Shown here: positions 15,590-30,381 of the stretch, piece by piece
How the letters are laid out: every line of letters starts with the position of its first letter
How positions within the stretch are numbered: position 1 is the stretch's first letter
Assembly (NCBI RefSeq): GCF_009914755.1
Contig: NC_060939.1
DNA: 64,000 bases
Origin: the human T2T-CHM13v2.0 reference genome, Homo sapiens
Reading direction: 5' to 3' (one strand)
Position numbers and translations under genes: made by a program
Notes under the pieces: generated by a model
What the model saw: only the letters and a program-made list of their open reading frames with translations
Databases searched by the model: none
Told to the model about the DNA's origin: nothing

Positions 15590-16110
15590 AAGCTTCCATA
15601 TGCTATAATTTATTAATAGTGTAAAGAATATTTTAAAATATTTTGAATACTGCAGATCAGATGGAGATGAATTCTCTATTATTTTTCTGTGTGAAGATGT
15701 TTATTTCATCTTGATTTTTGAAGGTCTTTTTTGGGGGTACAGAATTATAGGCTAATATGTTTTTCTTTCAGTACTTGAAAAAATCTCACACAATTGTTTT
15801 TTGATTTCTGTTGTTTCTTATAAGGTGTCAGCCATGATCTTAACTATTTTTGTTATTTATGCAATGTACCTTTTGTTGGGCTCATCTTAAGAATTGTTTC
15901 TTTATTAACTTTTCAGCAATTTGATAATGATGTGCCCAGGTATGGTTTTCATAATGTTCATCATTCTTGGAGTTTGATGAAGTGCTCAGATCTGTGATTT
16001 GATGTCTTTCATCACTTTTGGGAAATTCTTGACTATAATCTTTACAGATATATTTTAAAATCTCAATATCTTTTTGTGGGATGCATTATATATGTATTCT
16101 CTTTGTAATA
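15590..16110 (-). mobile_element. Ancient L1ME-like fragment
   Basis: ttgaagg..gggtacagaattatagg..ttttctttcagtacttg and tttgggaaattcttgac are antisense L1 motifs. Confidence 0.55.
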
Positions 16111-16244
16111 CATTAGATGTTACTGGGTTGTGTGCTTTTTCAAGGCTGTATTAACTCTATAGGAAGGAATGGATATGGGGAGTGAATCACCATATCCAAG
16201 GTAGACTCTTCTTTCCCACACCATAGTCAATCTTTATCTCAGTA

Positions 16245-16446
16245 CCTGGTTTTATTCCTTTCATAGTACTCATAACTATAAAAAACAGCTGGTTTATTGA
16301 TTAGTTTACTTGTTTAATCTCCGTTTCACGCACTGTGATTTAAATGCTAAGAAAGTGGAGACTTTGTGTCTTGATTATGCTCTGTCCTCAGACATTAGAA
16401 CTCTGTCTAGCTCACCAGTCATCCACTAATTATTTGTAGAATGAAT
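16245..16446 (+). mobile_element. L2 3' end
   Basis: ttcatagtactcataact..gagactttgtgtcttg..tagaactctgtctagctca..tatttgtagaatgaat. Confidence 0.65.
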
Positions 16447-18892
16447 AGTGGTAAGCAGAAAGGCAAAAACAAGATTTACTTACCACTTACACTAGAAGGG
16501 AGGCTGTTAAAAGGTACGTATTAATAAAACCCTTCAAACAGTTTATAATACTGGAAATGTTTGAACTGTAAGAATAGATTGGAAGGTGAAAGAAATTTGA
16601 AATAATTCAGTGAAAAATAAAATATTTTGTAGTAGTTAGGCTTATCAGCTGTAATGGAATCATAGGACTTCACATCTGGATTTCTAACTACTTTAAGATA
16701 CTTCATATGAGTGGAATCTTAACATATTCGTCCTTTTATACTTGGCTTATTTCACTTAACATGATGTCCTCAAAGTTCATCCACCTAGTAGAACATGACA
16801 GGATTTCTTTGTTTTTCAAGGCTGAACAATATTGTATGTATATGCCACATATTCTTTTTTCATTCACCTGTTGATTGACATTTCTGTTCCTTCTACGTCT
16901 TGGCTATTGTGATGTGCAGGAGTTTTTAAGTTTAATGTAGTCCATTTGTCTATTTTTGCTTCTGTTTCCTGAGCTTTTACTGTCATATCCAAGAAATTAT
17001 TACCAAATTCAATATAATGATCTTTTCCAATGTTTTCTCATAGACATTTTATAGTTTTTGGTCTCATATTTAGGCTTTTGATCCATTTTGAGTTGAATTT
17101 TTTATATGATATATAGTAAGAGTGCTAACCTCATTCTTTTGCATATGGAGATACAATTGTCCCTGCATCATTTATAGAGACTGTCCTTTTCTCATTTTGT
17201 AGTCTTGGCATCATTGTTGAAATTCATTTGGCTACTTTATGCAAGGATTTAACTATGGGCTCTCTATTCTGTTCCATTGGTCTCTATATCTGTCTTTATA
17301 CCAGTATCATGCTGTTTGATTTTGTAGTAAGTTTTTGAAATAGGAAGTTTCAGACCTCCAACTTTCTTTTTTTTCCCCCAGGATTGTTTTGGCTATTTGG
17401 GGTCCCTTGAGACTCCATATAATTTTGGAATTGGCTTTTCTATTTCTGCCAAAAATGCAGTTGGCGTTTATATTGGAATTATATAGAATCTGTAGATTGC
17501 TTTGAATAGGACTGACATCTTAACAATATTAGGCCTTCCAATCTGTGAAAGCAAGATGTCTTTTTACTTACTGGTGTTTTCCTTAATTTCTACAAACAAT
17601 GTTTTGTAGTTTTTGGTGTATAAGTCCTTTGCCTCTTTAGTACAATTGGCGTACAATTATTCATAATAGTCTCACAATTTTTCTTATTTTTGTGACATCA
17701 GTTGTAACATTCTTTCATTTTTAAGTATCGTTATTTGAGTCTTCTCTCATTTTTTTCTTAGTCTAGCTAAGGGTTTATACATTTCATTGATCTTTTCGAA
17801 GAATCAGCTCTTGGTTTTGTTGATTTTGTTTCTATTTTCTATTTCCTATTTCATTTATCTCTGTACAATTTGTATTATTTGCTTTCTTCAGCTACATTTC
17901 TTTATTTTTTTTTTTTTAGTTTTTTGAGGGTGTAAACTTAGATTGTTGATTTGAGGGTTTTCCTCCTTTTTTAATGTAAGTCTTTACTGCTATAAATTTC
18001 TTCCTTTGTACTGCTTTTGTTGTAGCCCATAAGTTTTGATATGTTGTGTTTTCTTTATTTGTCTCCATATATTTTCTAAGTTCCCTTGTGATTTCTCCTT
18101 CGACCCTTTGGTTGTTTAAGAGTAAATTATTCAATTTCCATATATTTGTGAATTTTCCTGTTTTGCTTTCCTGTTGATTTGTTTCATTCTATTGTACTTT
18201 GAGTGATTTAAATCTTAAATGTGGTAAAACTTGTTTTGTGGACTAACATGTCTTCTATCTTTGAGAATGTCTAGTTGCACTTGAGGAGAAGGTGTATTTT
18301 GCTGTTGTTGGGTGGAGTGTTCTGAATATGTCTGTTAGGTCCAGTTGGTTTGTAGTGTTGTTCAAGTCCTCTGTTTCTTTGCTTATCTTCTGTCTGGTTC
18401 TTTATATAACTGAAAGTGAGATATTGAAGTCTCCTACTATTATCGTGTTGCTGTCTAGTTGTCTCTTCAGCTCTGCCAATGTTTACCTTATAAAATTGGG
18501 AACTCTAACGTTAGGTGTATATATACTTATGGTTGTTATGTCTTTCTTGTGAATGGACCCTTTTATTACTGAATAACAATCTTCTTTGTGTCTTGCAACA
18601 GTTTTTGACTTAAAATCTCTTTTGTCCAATACAAATATAGTCACCCTTGCTTTCTTTAGGTTCCCATTTGCATAGAATATCTTTTCTCATCCTTTCACTT
18701 TTAACCTATGTATGTCCTTAGATCTAAAGTGAGTCTCTTATAGACAGCATACTCTTTGATCTTTTTAAAATCCATTTAGTCAATCTATATATTTTAATTA
18801 GGGTTGTAATCCATTTACTTAGAAAGTAATTACTGATAGGGAAGGACTTACTGTTGCCATTTTGTTAATTTTTTTTTCTGGATGTATTATAA

Positions 18893-19245
<353 letters not shown>

Positions 19246-19764
19246 GTGTTTGATTTTTTTGAGTGACCTGCTTTGATTCCCTTTTGATTTTCCTTTGTGT
19301 ATACTCTATAGATATTTTCTTCCTGGTTACCATTACATGAAATATAACAATCTCTATTAAACTGATAACTTCAATTGCATATAAAAATTATATTTCTTCT
19401 GCTGTTGATTTCTTGTTTCATTCCATTGTGGTCAAATAAAATACTTTGAATAATTTAAATCTTCTTTATATGTTAAGACTTGTCTTAACAAGTCTTAAGT
19501 CTTGACATGTCTTTAAGACTTGTCTGCCCACACTTGATGTTGTTGATGACTCCACCTACCTCTTTGTATACTGTGTATGCATTAACGTAGTTTTATAATT
19601 ACTTTTTATGCTTTTGTTTTTTAAATTCTATACCTGATTTAAAAGTAATTTTTATATATTTATATGGCTTAATGTTGCTGTTTATCATTCTTCCACTTCA
19701 ATTTGAAGGACTACTTTCAGTATTTCTTATATAGCAGCTCTAGTCATGATGAACTCTCTCAGCT

Positions 19765-19858
19765 TTCCTTTCCTTCCCTTTTCTTTCTTTCTTTCTTTCT
19801 TTTTTTTTTTTTTGAGAGAAAGTCTCACTCTGTCACCTAGGCTGGAGTGCAGTGGCTC
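19765..19858 (-). mobile_element. Short Alu 3' fragment with (TTTC)n tail
   Basis: gtctcactctgtcacctaggctggagtgcagtggc follows a T-rich tail. Confidence 0.75.
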
Positions 19859-20823
19859 TATGACTTCAGCTTTACTTTATCTGAGAATGTCTTACATTCT
19901 TATTCATTTTTGAAGGAGAGTTTTTACCATATGTAATATTGTTGGTTGATTTTTTTTCCTTTCAGCATTTTGAATATATTATCCAACTTCATTCTGTCCT
20001 GCAAGGTTTCTGCTGAGAAATGAGGTTATAATCTAATACAAGCTCCCTTGTACATGATAAGTCACTTTTCTCTTTCTGCTTTCAAGATTCTCATTGTCTG
20101 TGACTTTTGACAGTTGGATTATGATGTGTCTCTTTGTAGATCTCTTTATTTTTATTCTACTTATGGTTCTTTTAGCTTCTTGATTATGTATGTCCATTTC
20201 TTTCCTCAGATTTGGGAAGTTTTCAGCCATTATTTCTTCAAATAGTCTCTTTCCCCCTTTCTTCCTTTTAAATTCGCATAATGCATATGTTATTCTGCTC
20301 AACACTCTACCGTAAGTCCCTTAGGCTCTCTCTGCTTTGCTTCACTCTTTTTTTTGTTTTTGCTTGTCTTGATAATTTAAAAAGTCCTGTTCTTAAATTT
20401 ACTGGTTCTTTCTTCTATCTGATCAAGTCTGCTATTGAGTAGTTCTCGTGAATTTTTAAATTCGCTTAATGTATTCCTCACTCCAAGTAGTTTTGTTTGT
20501 TTCTTCTTCTTAGTTTCTGTCTCTTTTCTGATATTATCATTTTGTTCATTTTTAAAAATTTCATTAGTTTTTTCCATCTGTGCCTTCTTTTACTCCATTG
20601 AACATCCTTACGACAGTTATTTTGAATTATTTATCTGCTAATTCATATATTCCCATGCCTTTAGGGTTAGTTTCAGGATATTTAATTTGTTACCTTGGGC
20701 CCAGTCTTTGTGGTCTGGTTTCATGCAGGAAGGACTTTCACCAGTCAGCATGGCCAGAGACTCTAGAGACCTCTAAAGCCTTTTCTGGGGATGCGTACTC
20801 CCCGGACTTGCACACTTAATATA

Positions 20824-20879
20824 TTAGGTTGGTACAAAAGTAATTTCGAAGAACCGCAATTACTTTTGCACCAAGTTAA
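20824..20879. mobile_element. MADE1 (Hsmar1 MITE), internally deleted
   Basis: TIRs ttaggttggtacaaaagtaatt ... aattacttttgcaccaagttaa, flanked by TA on both sides. Confidence 0.88.
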
Positions 20880-21694
20880 TAATGGGTGTGTTGCTTTCTA
20901 CTCAGGGGTTCACTCTGATGCCTGTTTGTGGTACTGCAGTTTCTTTGGTGGTGTAGCAAACTGAGGTACTGGCACTCCCCCTACTGTCATTCCATCGTAC
21001 TGCAGACTCTGGTGGTAGAACAAACCCTGTTCATTGCCTCTGTTGTGAGTCCACCAACCTGCCACTCTGTTCCTCTAAGCACTTAAATTCAGAGAACACA
21101 GAAACCAGTCACTTGGGCAGCCCCACAAAAAGTCGGAATGTTGAAAATATCCTACTCTTTTCTTTCTTTCCTCAGGGAGAAGTTGGGAATGTTCTGAACA
21201 CACCCTGTGGTACTTGGCGGGAGGCACTCTGGCACGTTGTGTGCCAAGAATTTTCCTACGGGGACTTCTGTGTGGCTGGCTTTGCACTGGCCAGGGGTGC
21301 TGCAGAGACCTCTGAATTGTATTCTAGATTTCTCACAGAGGCAGTTGGTCTGTATCGTGTGGTTAAGTCAGTAGCTTCACATGGAAAGTAGGGTCTGGGG
21401 CTTTCTACTCTGCCATCTTGCTGGTGTCACTTTGTTCATGTCACTCAGGTACAGTGAGGTTTGTCAAGCACTGAGGATTTTCATACCATCCTCAGTGCCC
21501 TCTTTATTAAAGGCATAGTGCAGTTAGCCCTTCACATCTGCTCTGAACTCACAGCTCTGCTGGTCAGTGCAGTTCTGCATTCCCTGCCAGATGGTGGAAG
21601 GGAGAAGCTGCTATTATGAAGGGAGTTGTTAAAAACTTATCTTTCCTGTTATAACGAACAGAATTCATGTTTGGAAAGAGAACTTACTTCAAAT

Positions 21695-21780
21695 ATTCAG
21701 TTTATAGATGGAGAAAATGAGCCCCATCAAATTTAAGTGACTTTCTCAAGGCCATATGGCTACTTCAGAGTCAAATTTAT
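21695..21780 (-). mobile_element. MIR core
   Basis: tttatagatggagaaaatgag..ttaagtgactttctcaaggccata. Confidence 0.6.
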
Positions 21781-22572
21781 AACATTACTAGACTTGGCAG
21801 ATGCCTTCCTCAATTCTCTTATATTCTTATCATCAAATCCTTTCAGGAGGTGGAAATTTAGATCTGAGCTTTCGAGTACCTACCCATCAGAGCTCTGAAG
21901 GATTTGTGGTTCTGAACTTAACACCAGTGTTTTTATTCTTTTAAGAATAGGAATTCTCAAGGTCTTTTAATAGTATATTTTATATGAATGTGCAAAAATG
22001 TAGAATGTCACTGTTTGCCTCCTTCCCTGTTACTTATCATATCTGACCCACAGTGAAATGACAATAACCTTATCTTTATCTTTGTCAACTCTTGCTGGCC
22101 TTCTTGAGATCACATATTTAAAGGGTGTTTGGGAAAGGAGTGAGGGCTTTGGAGTTGACATCTATAGTTCTGGGATTAATGGAAATGGAATTAGCTGTAA
22201 ACCTTATATTTAAGGGTCTGAGCCAAGTAAATTGGCCAAATTGGACCTTAACTGAGCTGGAATGGGACCTGTGATAGTGACTTTACCGTCTCAGGGCTTC
22301 AATACTAAGTTATAGAAAACATTTTTGCATGGACTCAGAGTATTGGCAAAACTGCAATATTGACCAAGTTTGCTTATCCCATGTACCTTTTACCCAAATT
22401 CTTCCACTTAGTCCCCATAATAGTATTCTCCAAGTTAGAAAAAAAGCATTTGAAAACAAATCTTCACTGAGATGCTGTGGATAGGTTTAATATAATCCTC
22501 AGAGACAGGGAATTTGTGTTTAAAAAATTCTTGAAAGATTATTTGTCACGATAATCATGATGATGATGGTAA

Positions 22573-22927
<355 letters not shown>

Positions 22928-23014
22928 TAGAGTCTCTTGAAGCCTCACTACCAAAATAGAAACTCCGGGAGGTTGAGGGTGGAACCCCGGATTCTCTGCT
23001 TTGGTGAAGCTGCA

Positions 23015-23135
23015 GAATCCCAGTTAAGTCACTCCTCACTCCTATTTTAACTTCCTCTCTGTAAAATGGGAACAGGAATGCTACTGCATACTGATTAAAT
23101 GCAAACTGCTTATGACAGTGCCATGTAATAAATCT
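23015..23135 (+). mobile_element. MIR fragment
   Basis: ttcctctctgtaaaatgggaac..gattaaatg..tgcttatgacagtgcc. Confidence 0.55.
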
Positions 23136-23559
23136 TATCATCCTTCATCTGTGGACATTAGCAGAGGGAGAGAAGGCAGAACTGAAGGAAGGTTGGTGAT
23201 GGGGTGTAGGGGATCCTCTGCCTAATACATCATTGTGTTCAGTGGGACTCTTAGTTTAGGGAAAGGAAAGGGACAGATGAGCCCCCGTTCCCCACCCTTG
23301 TCCCCAAAAGCAGGAAAGATGGAAGGGAGGTTCCCAGTTATTGGAAGAGCCTCTTATGCGTTGGGGGCATGAGAGTTAATGTTATTTATTCATCTTCTGA
23401 AAATTCATGTGCTGATATTTAAATAATTACATCATTTTTACTCTTTTCATGAAAACATAGAAACTTAAGTGCCTAGGGTGATTTTTAAGCATAAACATTA
23501 TTTGAAAGGCAGCAAATGCAATATTTTGGCATTCTATTCTGCGTTTAATTCCAGGGGCC

Positions 23560-23735
23560 TTAACAACCATAGCTAAAAATTTACTGAGCACCCACTATTT
23601 ACTGCGTTAACAGCCCGGCCCTCCACTCTCATCTTGAATTAGGTTCTGTTTTCAGCCTCTCTTCCACGTAGGGGAACTGAGGCACAGAGATCTGAAGAAA
23701 CTTTTCGAGATGATAGAGCTGGTGAGCAGCTGAGC
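23560..23735 (-). mobile_element. MIR fragment
   Basis: atagctaaaaatttactgagcacccactat..ggggaactgaggcacagaga. Confidence 0.6.
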
Positions 23736-23979
23736 CCCCCTGCAGTCAGGCCGCACCCTCCATGGGCATGTCCCCTCACTTGACACGTCTGCTCAGAATT
23801 CCTCAGGGTCTGCATGCCTCATCCTCACTGCTGGTGTGGGGCAGCTCTTTAGGGATTCCCTTGCATGGACAGCTGTAAACACCTCGACCTCTTCCCCCTC
23901 CACCTTTTTGTCCTTGTCAACACCTATTGGTCCTGTAGCTCTTCTGTTGGAATCTCTGTTTCTGTTGTTTTCTATCTCT

Positions 23980-24275
23980 TTGTTTTTGAGACGGAGTCTC
24001 GCTCTTTCGCCCAGGCTGGAGTGCAGTGGCGCTATCTCGGCTCACTGCAAGCTCCGCCTCCTGGGTTCACGCCATTCTCCTGCCTCAGCCTCCTGAGTAG
24101 CTGGGACTACAGGCGCCCGCCACCACGCCCGGCTAATTTTTTTTTTTTTGTATTTTTAGCAGAGACGGGGTTTCACTGTGTTAGCCAGGATGGTCTCGAT
24201 CTCCCGACCTCGTGATCCGCCCCCCTCTGCCTCCCAAAGTGCTGGGATTACCGGCTTGAGCCACCGCGCCCGGCC
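23980..24275 (-). mobile_element. AluY (Yk-like variants), short tail
   Basis: ctctttcgcccagg and gctatctcgg variants. 17-bp TSD tgttgttttctatctct at 23963-23979 and 24276-24292. Confidence 0.93.
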
Positions 24276-24539
24276 TGTTGTTTTCTATCTCTCGCTTGTT
24301 TTTGAATGAATGTTCATGGTTTCATTTGCTCTCGCGATGTCACTCTCTACTTTTTCCTCTCCATGGAGGTGATATAATTTTTGTTGTAACAGATGATTAT
24401 TTTTAGGAACATCTTTGTCTCAGACGATCTTTTATCAGCTCTTTTCCCGCTTGACTACTTGGGTCAGCTTGTAATCGTCATCATGTTCTAGGGGACATTT
24501 AAAAATTATTCTCTTTCAAAAGTAAGACAGTGCTAGGTA

Positions 24540-24760
24540 ATCGGTAAGGTGACTGTTGTTTATAATAATCTATTGTATATTTCAAAATAACTGAAAAGGA
24601 ATAATTCAGATGTTCCTAGCACAAAGAAAAGACAAATATTTAAGGCAATGGATATTCCAATGACACTGATTTGATCTTTATAGACTATATAAATGTATTA
24701 AATTAACACGTGTCCTAAAAATATGTACATCTGTTATGTATCAATAAAAAAAATTAAAAG
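24540..24760 (+). mobile_element. L1MA-type 3' end
   Basis: aataatctattgtatatttcaaaataact..cacaaagaaaagacaaatatttaagg..tatgtatcaataaaaaaa. Confidence 0.8.
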
Positions 24761-25117
24761 AGAAAAGAACATATTTTTTCGTGTTGCAATTGGCAAGCTC
24801 ATGAGCATTTAACATGTAAAGTTAAGTAATTATAACTTTACAACTGCAATTTTTACGAACCATAGTTATGCAACATCCAGGGGTCACCTACAGTGCCAGA
24901 TGCTGTGGGAAGGGTGAGGGTAAATCACACAGACCTGCCTTCCAATGACCAGCTTTTCTTGTTGAGGGTGCTAAAAGGTGCCCATGACCTAAAAGTAGGA
25001 AGTAATCATACAAGGTAGGGATTCAGAGAAAGGAAATACATCTTTTCTTCTCCACTACTGTATGTTAAGTTAATTTCCCTAAAAGACCCCAGACACTTAC
25101 TCGAAATTTATGTGAGT

Positions 25118-25432
<315 letters not shown>

Positions 25433-26851
25433 TAAAAATTTGCATGAGAACTATCTTTTGTAAGAGATATTAATCAAAAGACTCAACTCAGAAAGAACTA
25501 AGTGACTATGAATACTGGTCCTTGTGGCCCTGGATGCCTGCCACCTCCATGCTCTGGGGCTCTGTGTAAATCCATAGGCTCATTCCTCTGGGATGCCTTC
25601 CTGCCCTGCCACCTTCCCCTGGTAGATGACTGCAGAACCCATGCCCTATGAACGCATGCTGAGCCAAGCACAATTTCTCTGTCTTTTTTTCTACCCTTTT
25701 CTTCCCCCTCTCCTCAATTTTTCTAAAGTAAATCATGCTGTCATAAGTCTGGTTTTAGAGAGAAACTTCTTGGGGTTTTGAGAAGCCAGCTCAATACAAC
25801 TTGCCACTTCACGCTGGAAAAGTTAGGAGAACATCTAGAATCAGATCAGCCAGGCTTCTTCTCTTCTTCTTATGAATCATGCCAGGAATTAACCCCATTT
25901 TAGAAGGACACAACTTGCTTATTAACCCACCTGACTTATTAAATAACATCTGTGCCCACCTCAGGGGGCCCAGGGCCAAATAAGGAACTATCAAAGTTAG
26001 CAAAATGAGACACTTATTACCATATGAAGATCATCAGGAGAGGGGCTGAGGCGAGTTTAGCAGGAATCTTGTACTATATTAAATGTGATTTTACCTGTCA
26101 AGTCCCAAAGGAATTGATGTCGGGAACTTTCTTCAAATAAAATACAATTTATTTCCTTTTGACCATGACAGGATTCCTTTAACGTCCACAATAAGCAAGG
26201 CAAAGCATCTGCTCACCCCTAGTTTTTGGTACGTGGCTCTAGGTGCATCCACAGACAGACCCGCCCGGCCCTGCATTCCTTCCCCAGCAAGGCTGCTGTC
26301 AGGTCCCCCTTCCCACTGGGGCTGTCTCCTCAGCTCATCATGATAGTTCAAATAGCCCTCCACCAAGCTCTCCTCACTGGCTTCTTCCAGGATGAAGACG
26401 GCCATGGAGAGTGGAGAAAAACAACCAAGCAAAGGTCTGCTTTAGTGTTGTGACAGAGGCAAAGAGAAAAGGCAGCCCATGTACTCCCCTTAGGACCACC
26501 TCAATCCATCAACGGAGCAAATGTGGCTGATGCTTGTTGAGGCTTAGCTGGCGGATCTTTGCAAGGTTCACATATGCTGCACAACTTATGAGTTTATGAT
26601 TCTTCTCAGACATACTAATTCTCAATTCTTAGGAAATAATAGCAACCAGATAAGTAAGGTAGAATTCAAAGGAAGAATCCATTTTAAACCGAATGTATGG
26701 GACTCAGTTCCATCATCCCTATTTTAAAATATTCCTATTTCTTTTAAAAAATAGAATCTGCTTTCTTTCACTCAGAAAATTGCTCCCCACCACCCCATTT
26801 CTGGCTTTCCTACCTTCATATCCCCATCTTTCTCTTGGCTACATAGGGCTT

Positions 26852-28170
26852 ATTATATTGTAGTAAAATACACATAACATGAAATTTGCCATCTTAACCA
26901 TTGTTAAATGTACAGTTGAGTGGCAGTAGGTCTGTTCATATTGCTTTGTAGCCACCACCACCATCCATCTCCAGAACTCTTTTCATCTTGCAGACCTAAA
27001 ACTCTGTACCCATTAAACAACTCCCATTTCCCCTTCCCCAGTCCCTGGAAACCAACATTGTACTTTCTGTCTCTATGAGTTTGAGTGCCGTAGAAGGCTT
27101 ATATAAGTGGAATCATAGTATTTGCTCTTTTGTGACTATCTTATTTCACTTAGCATAATGTCCTCAAGGTTTATCCATGTTGTGGCACGTATCACGATAT
27201 CCTTCCTCTTTAAGGCAAAATAATATTCCATTGTCTATGTATACTACATTTTTTAAATCCATTCATTTGTCGATGAGCACTTGAACTGTTTCTACCTTTT
27301 GGCTACTGTGAATAATATTAGCATAGCTATTCAATCTGTTTGAGCCCCTCCTTTTAATTCCTTTGGGTGTATACCCAGAAGTGGAACTACTGGATCATAT
27401 GGTAATTGTATTTTTAGTTTTTTGAGGAATCATCCTACTATTTTCCACAGTGGGTATATCATTTTTCTTCCCACAAACAGTGCACAAGGATTACAATTTC
27501 TTCATATCCAGGCTGGCACTTGTTATTTTCTGTTGCTGTTATTGTTGTGTTTGTTTGTTTTTAATAGTAGCCATCCGAATGGGTGTGAGTGTTATTTTGT
27601 GGTTTTGATTTGCATTTCCCTAATAACTAATGATGTTTTCATGTGCTTATTGTCTGCTTGTATATCTTCTTGGGGGAAATGTCTATTTACGTTTTTTTGC
27701 CATTTAAATCAGGTTAGTTTGTTTTTGTTGTTGAGTTCTGGGAGTTCTTTATGTATTCTGGATATTAACCACTTATCAGAGATACAATTTACAAATATTT
27801 TCTCCCACTCAATGGGTTGTCTTTTCACTCTGTTGTGCCCTATATGCACAGAAGTTTTAAATTTTGTTATAGTCAAATTCATTTATTTTTCTTTTGTTGC
27901 CTGATGTTCTGGTGTTATATCCAAGAGATTGTTGTTAAATCCAATGTCAGGAAGCTTTCCGCCGTGTTTTCTTCTGATAGTTTTGTAGTTTTAGGCCTTA
28001 CAGTTAGGTCTCAAGTCCATTTTGAGTTAATGTTTGTTTATGGCATAAGGTAAGGGTCCAACTTCATTCTTTTGCCTGTGGATATCCAGTTTTCCTAGCA
28101 CTGTTGGTTGAAAAGACTGTCCGTTCCCTCATTGAATGGTCTTGGCAACTTTGTGAAAGATCATTTGTCA
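26852..28170 (-). mobile_element. L1MB-type 3' end
   Basis: gtaaaatacacataacatgaaatttgccatcttaaccatt...gatatccagttttcctagcac..ttgaaaagactg. Confidence 0.85.
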
Positions 28171-28254
28171 GGGTTTAGTCTTGAGTCTTTGAATTATAAA
28201 CCTTCAGCTGCCTGTGGCCAATCTCCTTCTTGGATTCTACTGTCAGAGCCACTA

Positions 28255-28604
<350 letters not shown>

Positions 28605-30313
28605 GCATCTACTAAAAGCGCTTCATTTTCCTTGGCATTTTGTGAGTGTGTGTGTGTGTGCGCACACTTATTGCAAACTCTTATCTCTTACACCCTTCAT
28701 GGCACTGTTGCACTTATTACATTTGCCGCTGCTCACTGCAAGCTGTTAAGGCTTTATGTTTGTTGGTTCTTTTTATTTAATGATATACAAATCTCTGGAA
28801 GCCCAAAGTCTAATAAGTTGTATGAAACAACCAGAAAACTCTCTCACTAAATGTAGGTCCTTAACCAACTGACTTAACACCCTTTGGTATAGCATAATCA
28901 AAGGTTCTGCAGTATTTGGAGATGGAACACTTGTTGAATCCAATAATTTGAAGAAAGATGCTACCTAATTTCCATAGTAGTTAGCAAAGCTTAGTCTAAA
29001 ATGAAGAGTACTCCTTTTATGAAACTTAAGCACCATATACATAGTGCATGGAATTGTGTTGGGGCATTTTCCAAAATGCCAGCTGCTCTTGCAGCTCACG
29101 TGACTTGGCTGTACTGACAGACGTTGTAGGAGTTGGTTCAAAGTCATTATCATTGTTTTCATTACGTGAAGGTCTGGGGATCGTTGCCCAGGGCACAGAC
29201 CAGTTTATGTGCAATTTTACGAGACCGAGAGCTCAGAGCTGCCATTCATTGTTTCAAAAGTAGAGTGTGGAATTCCATTTGTGAATGTTCAGTTCTTCAG
29301 CACAATTGAAGGAAGCACATTCACATAATTGCATAGACTACACTCTTGTTTCTATAGAAACAGTCTGTTTCATGGGGAAAGGTTCAGGAGTCTTGTTCAT
29401 ATTCCTCCTGGGCAGAAATTTTCTGGAATTGGCTCTGCGTCATCCTTTGTCAGCCACTGAGTGCAGGGTGAAGGGAATGTCCTCCTTTCAGAGGACATCA
29501 GCCCCCGACTCAGAGGTCCGTGGGCTCAGCTGTCTCATTATCAGGCTTGCTCAGTTCTTTTGCTGCCATCAAAAGAGAAACTGGTTTCCCTTAAAGCCAA
29601 GTGAGCCAGGGTAGCCTCTGACATACGGCGTTAGAGAGATCAACCTGTGATTATATAAATGTTATGCCTTCATAGTTGAAACAGTAATTCTTTGACTTAT
29701 TAACATTCCATTGTGTTTTGAGTTGGATTTAAACTCTGTGATGTATGTGCATATATGTATCTTTAAGTTATATTGATAACAATAAATAATATTTCTCATT
29801 TTTTATTGGTGTATAGACTCACTAGAACTTTGCCTTGAGTTGCTTTGCTTTGGAAGGATAGCTTGACAGCTATGTGGTGGACACATAACCCAACAACGTC
29901 ACTGACATTGCTCCTCTCTTGTGTTGAGTTTTATAGCAAAACTTTGACATTAAATTACTCATGCAGTAGCTCACCTTGTATCTCCTATCTTTGCCATAAA
30001 AATCAGCTTAAGTAACGTTACGGTATATCTTTATAGTCTTCTATGACTGGCAAATTGCAGTGTATAAATATTCTATTTTCCTAGATAGAACTGAAAAGAT
30101 ACAAGTAAGAATCTCTCATCCTTCGAGAATTTTGAAAAGAAAGGCAGGCAGGGCTTGAATTATAATTACAAGAGAAGTCCCAAAGAAAGCCCTGCTCATG
30201 TGTGTTTCCACCATGTCCTTGTGATGCTATGTATGAGACTTTAGGACTTGAATGTGCTCTCCTCTGTCTTTCTCCGGCACGAAGTATTAACATACATGTA
30301 TTTTTCTCCACAG

Positions 30314-30381
30314 TAAAACCGACCGTAATTGACGTTGACATTTATGTTAACAGCATTGGTCCTGTGTCATCAATAAACATG
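30314..30381 (+). CDS. GABRG3: Internal 68-nt coding exon (exon 3) of GABA-A receptor gamma-3 subunit, extracellular ligand-binding domain
   Basis: The acceptor is tattaac...tatttttctccacag| (30313) and the donor is ATG|gtaaga (30382). Phase 1 entry, phase 0 exit. It translates as [25 protein letters not shown], which matches the GABA-A gamma-3 stretch [30 protein letters not shown] as I recall it. A 68-nt exon at this position is typical of GABA-A subunit genes. Confidence 0.95.

Noticed and set aside
30314-30381. Single-exon circRNA driven by flanking Alus
   Set aside because: A 68-nt exon is very short for efficient single-exon back-splicing, and the nearest flanking Alus are co-oriented.
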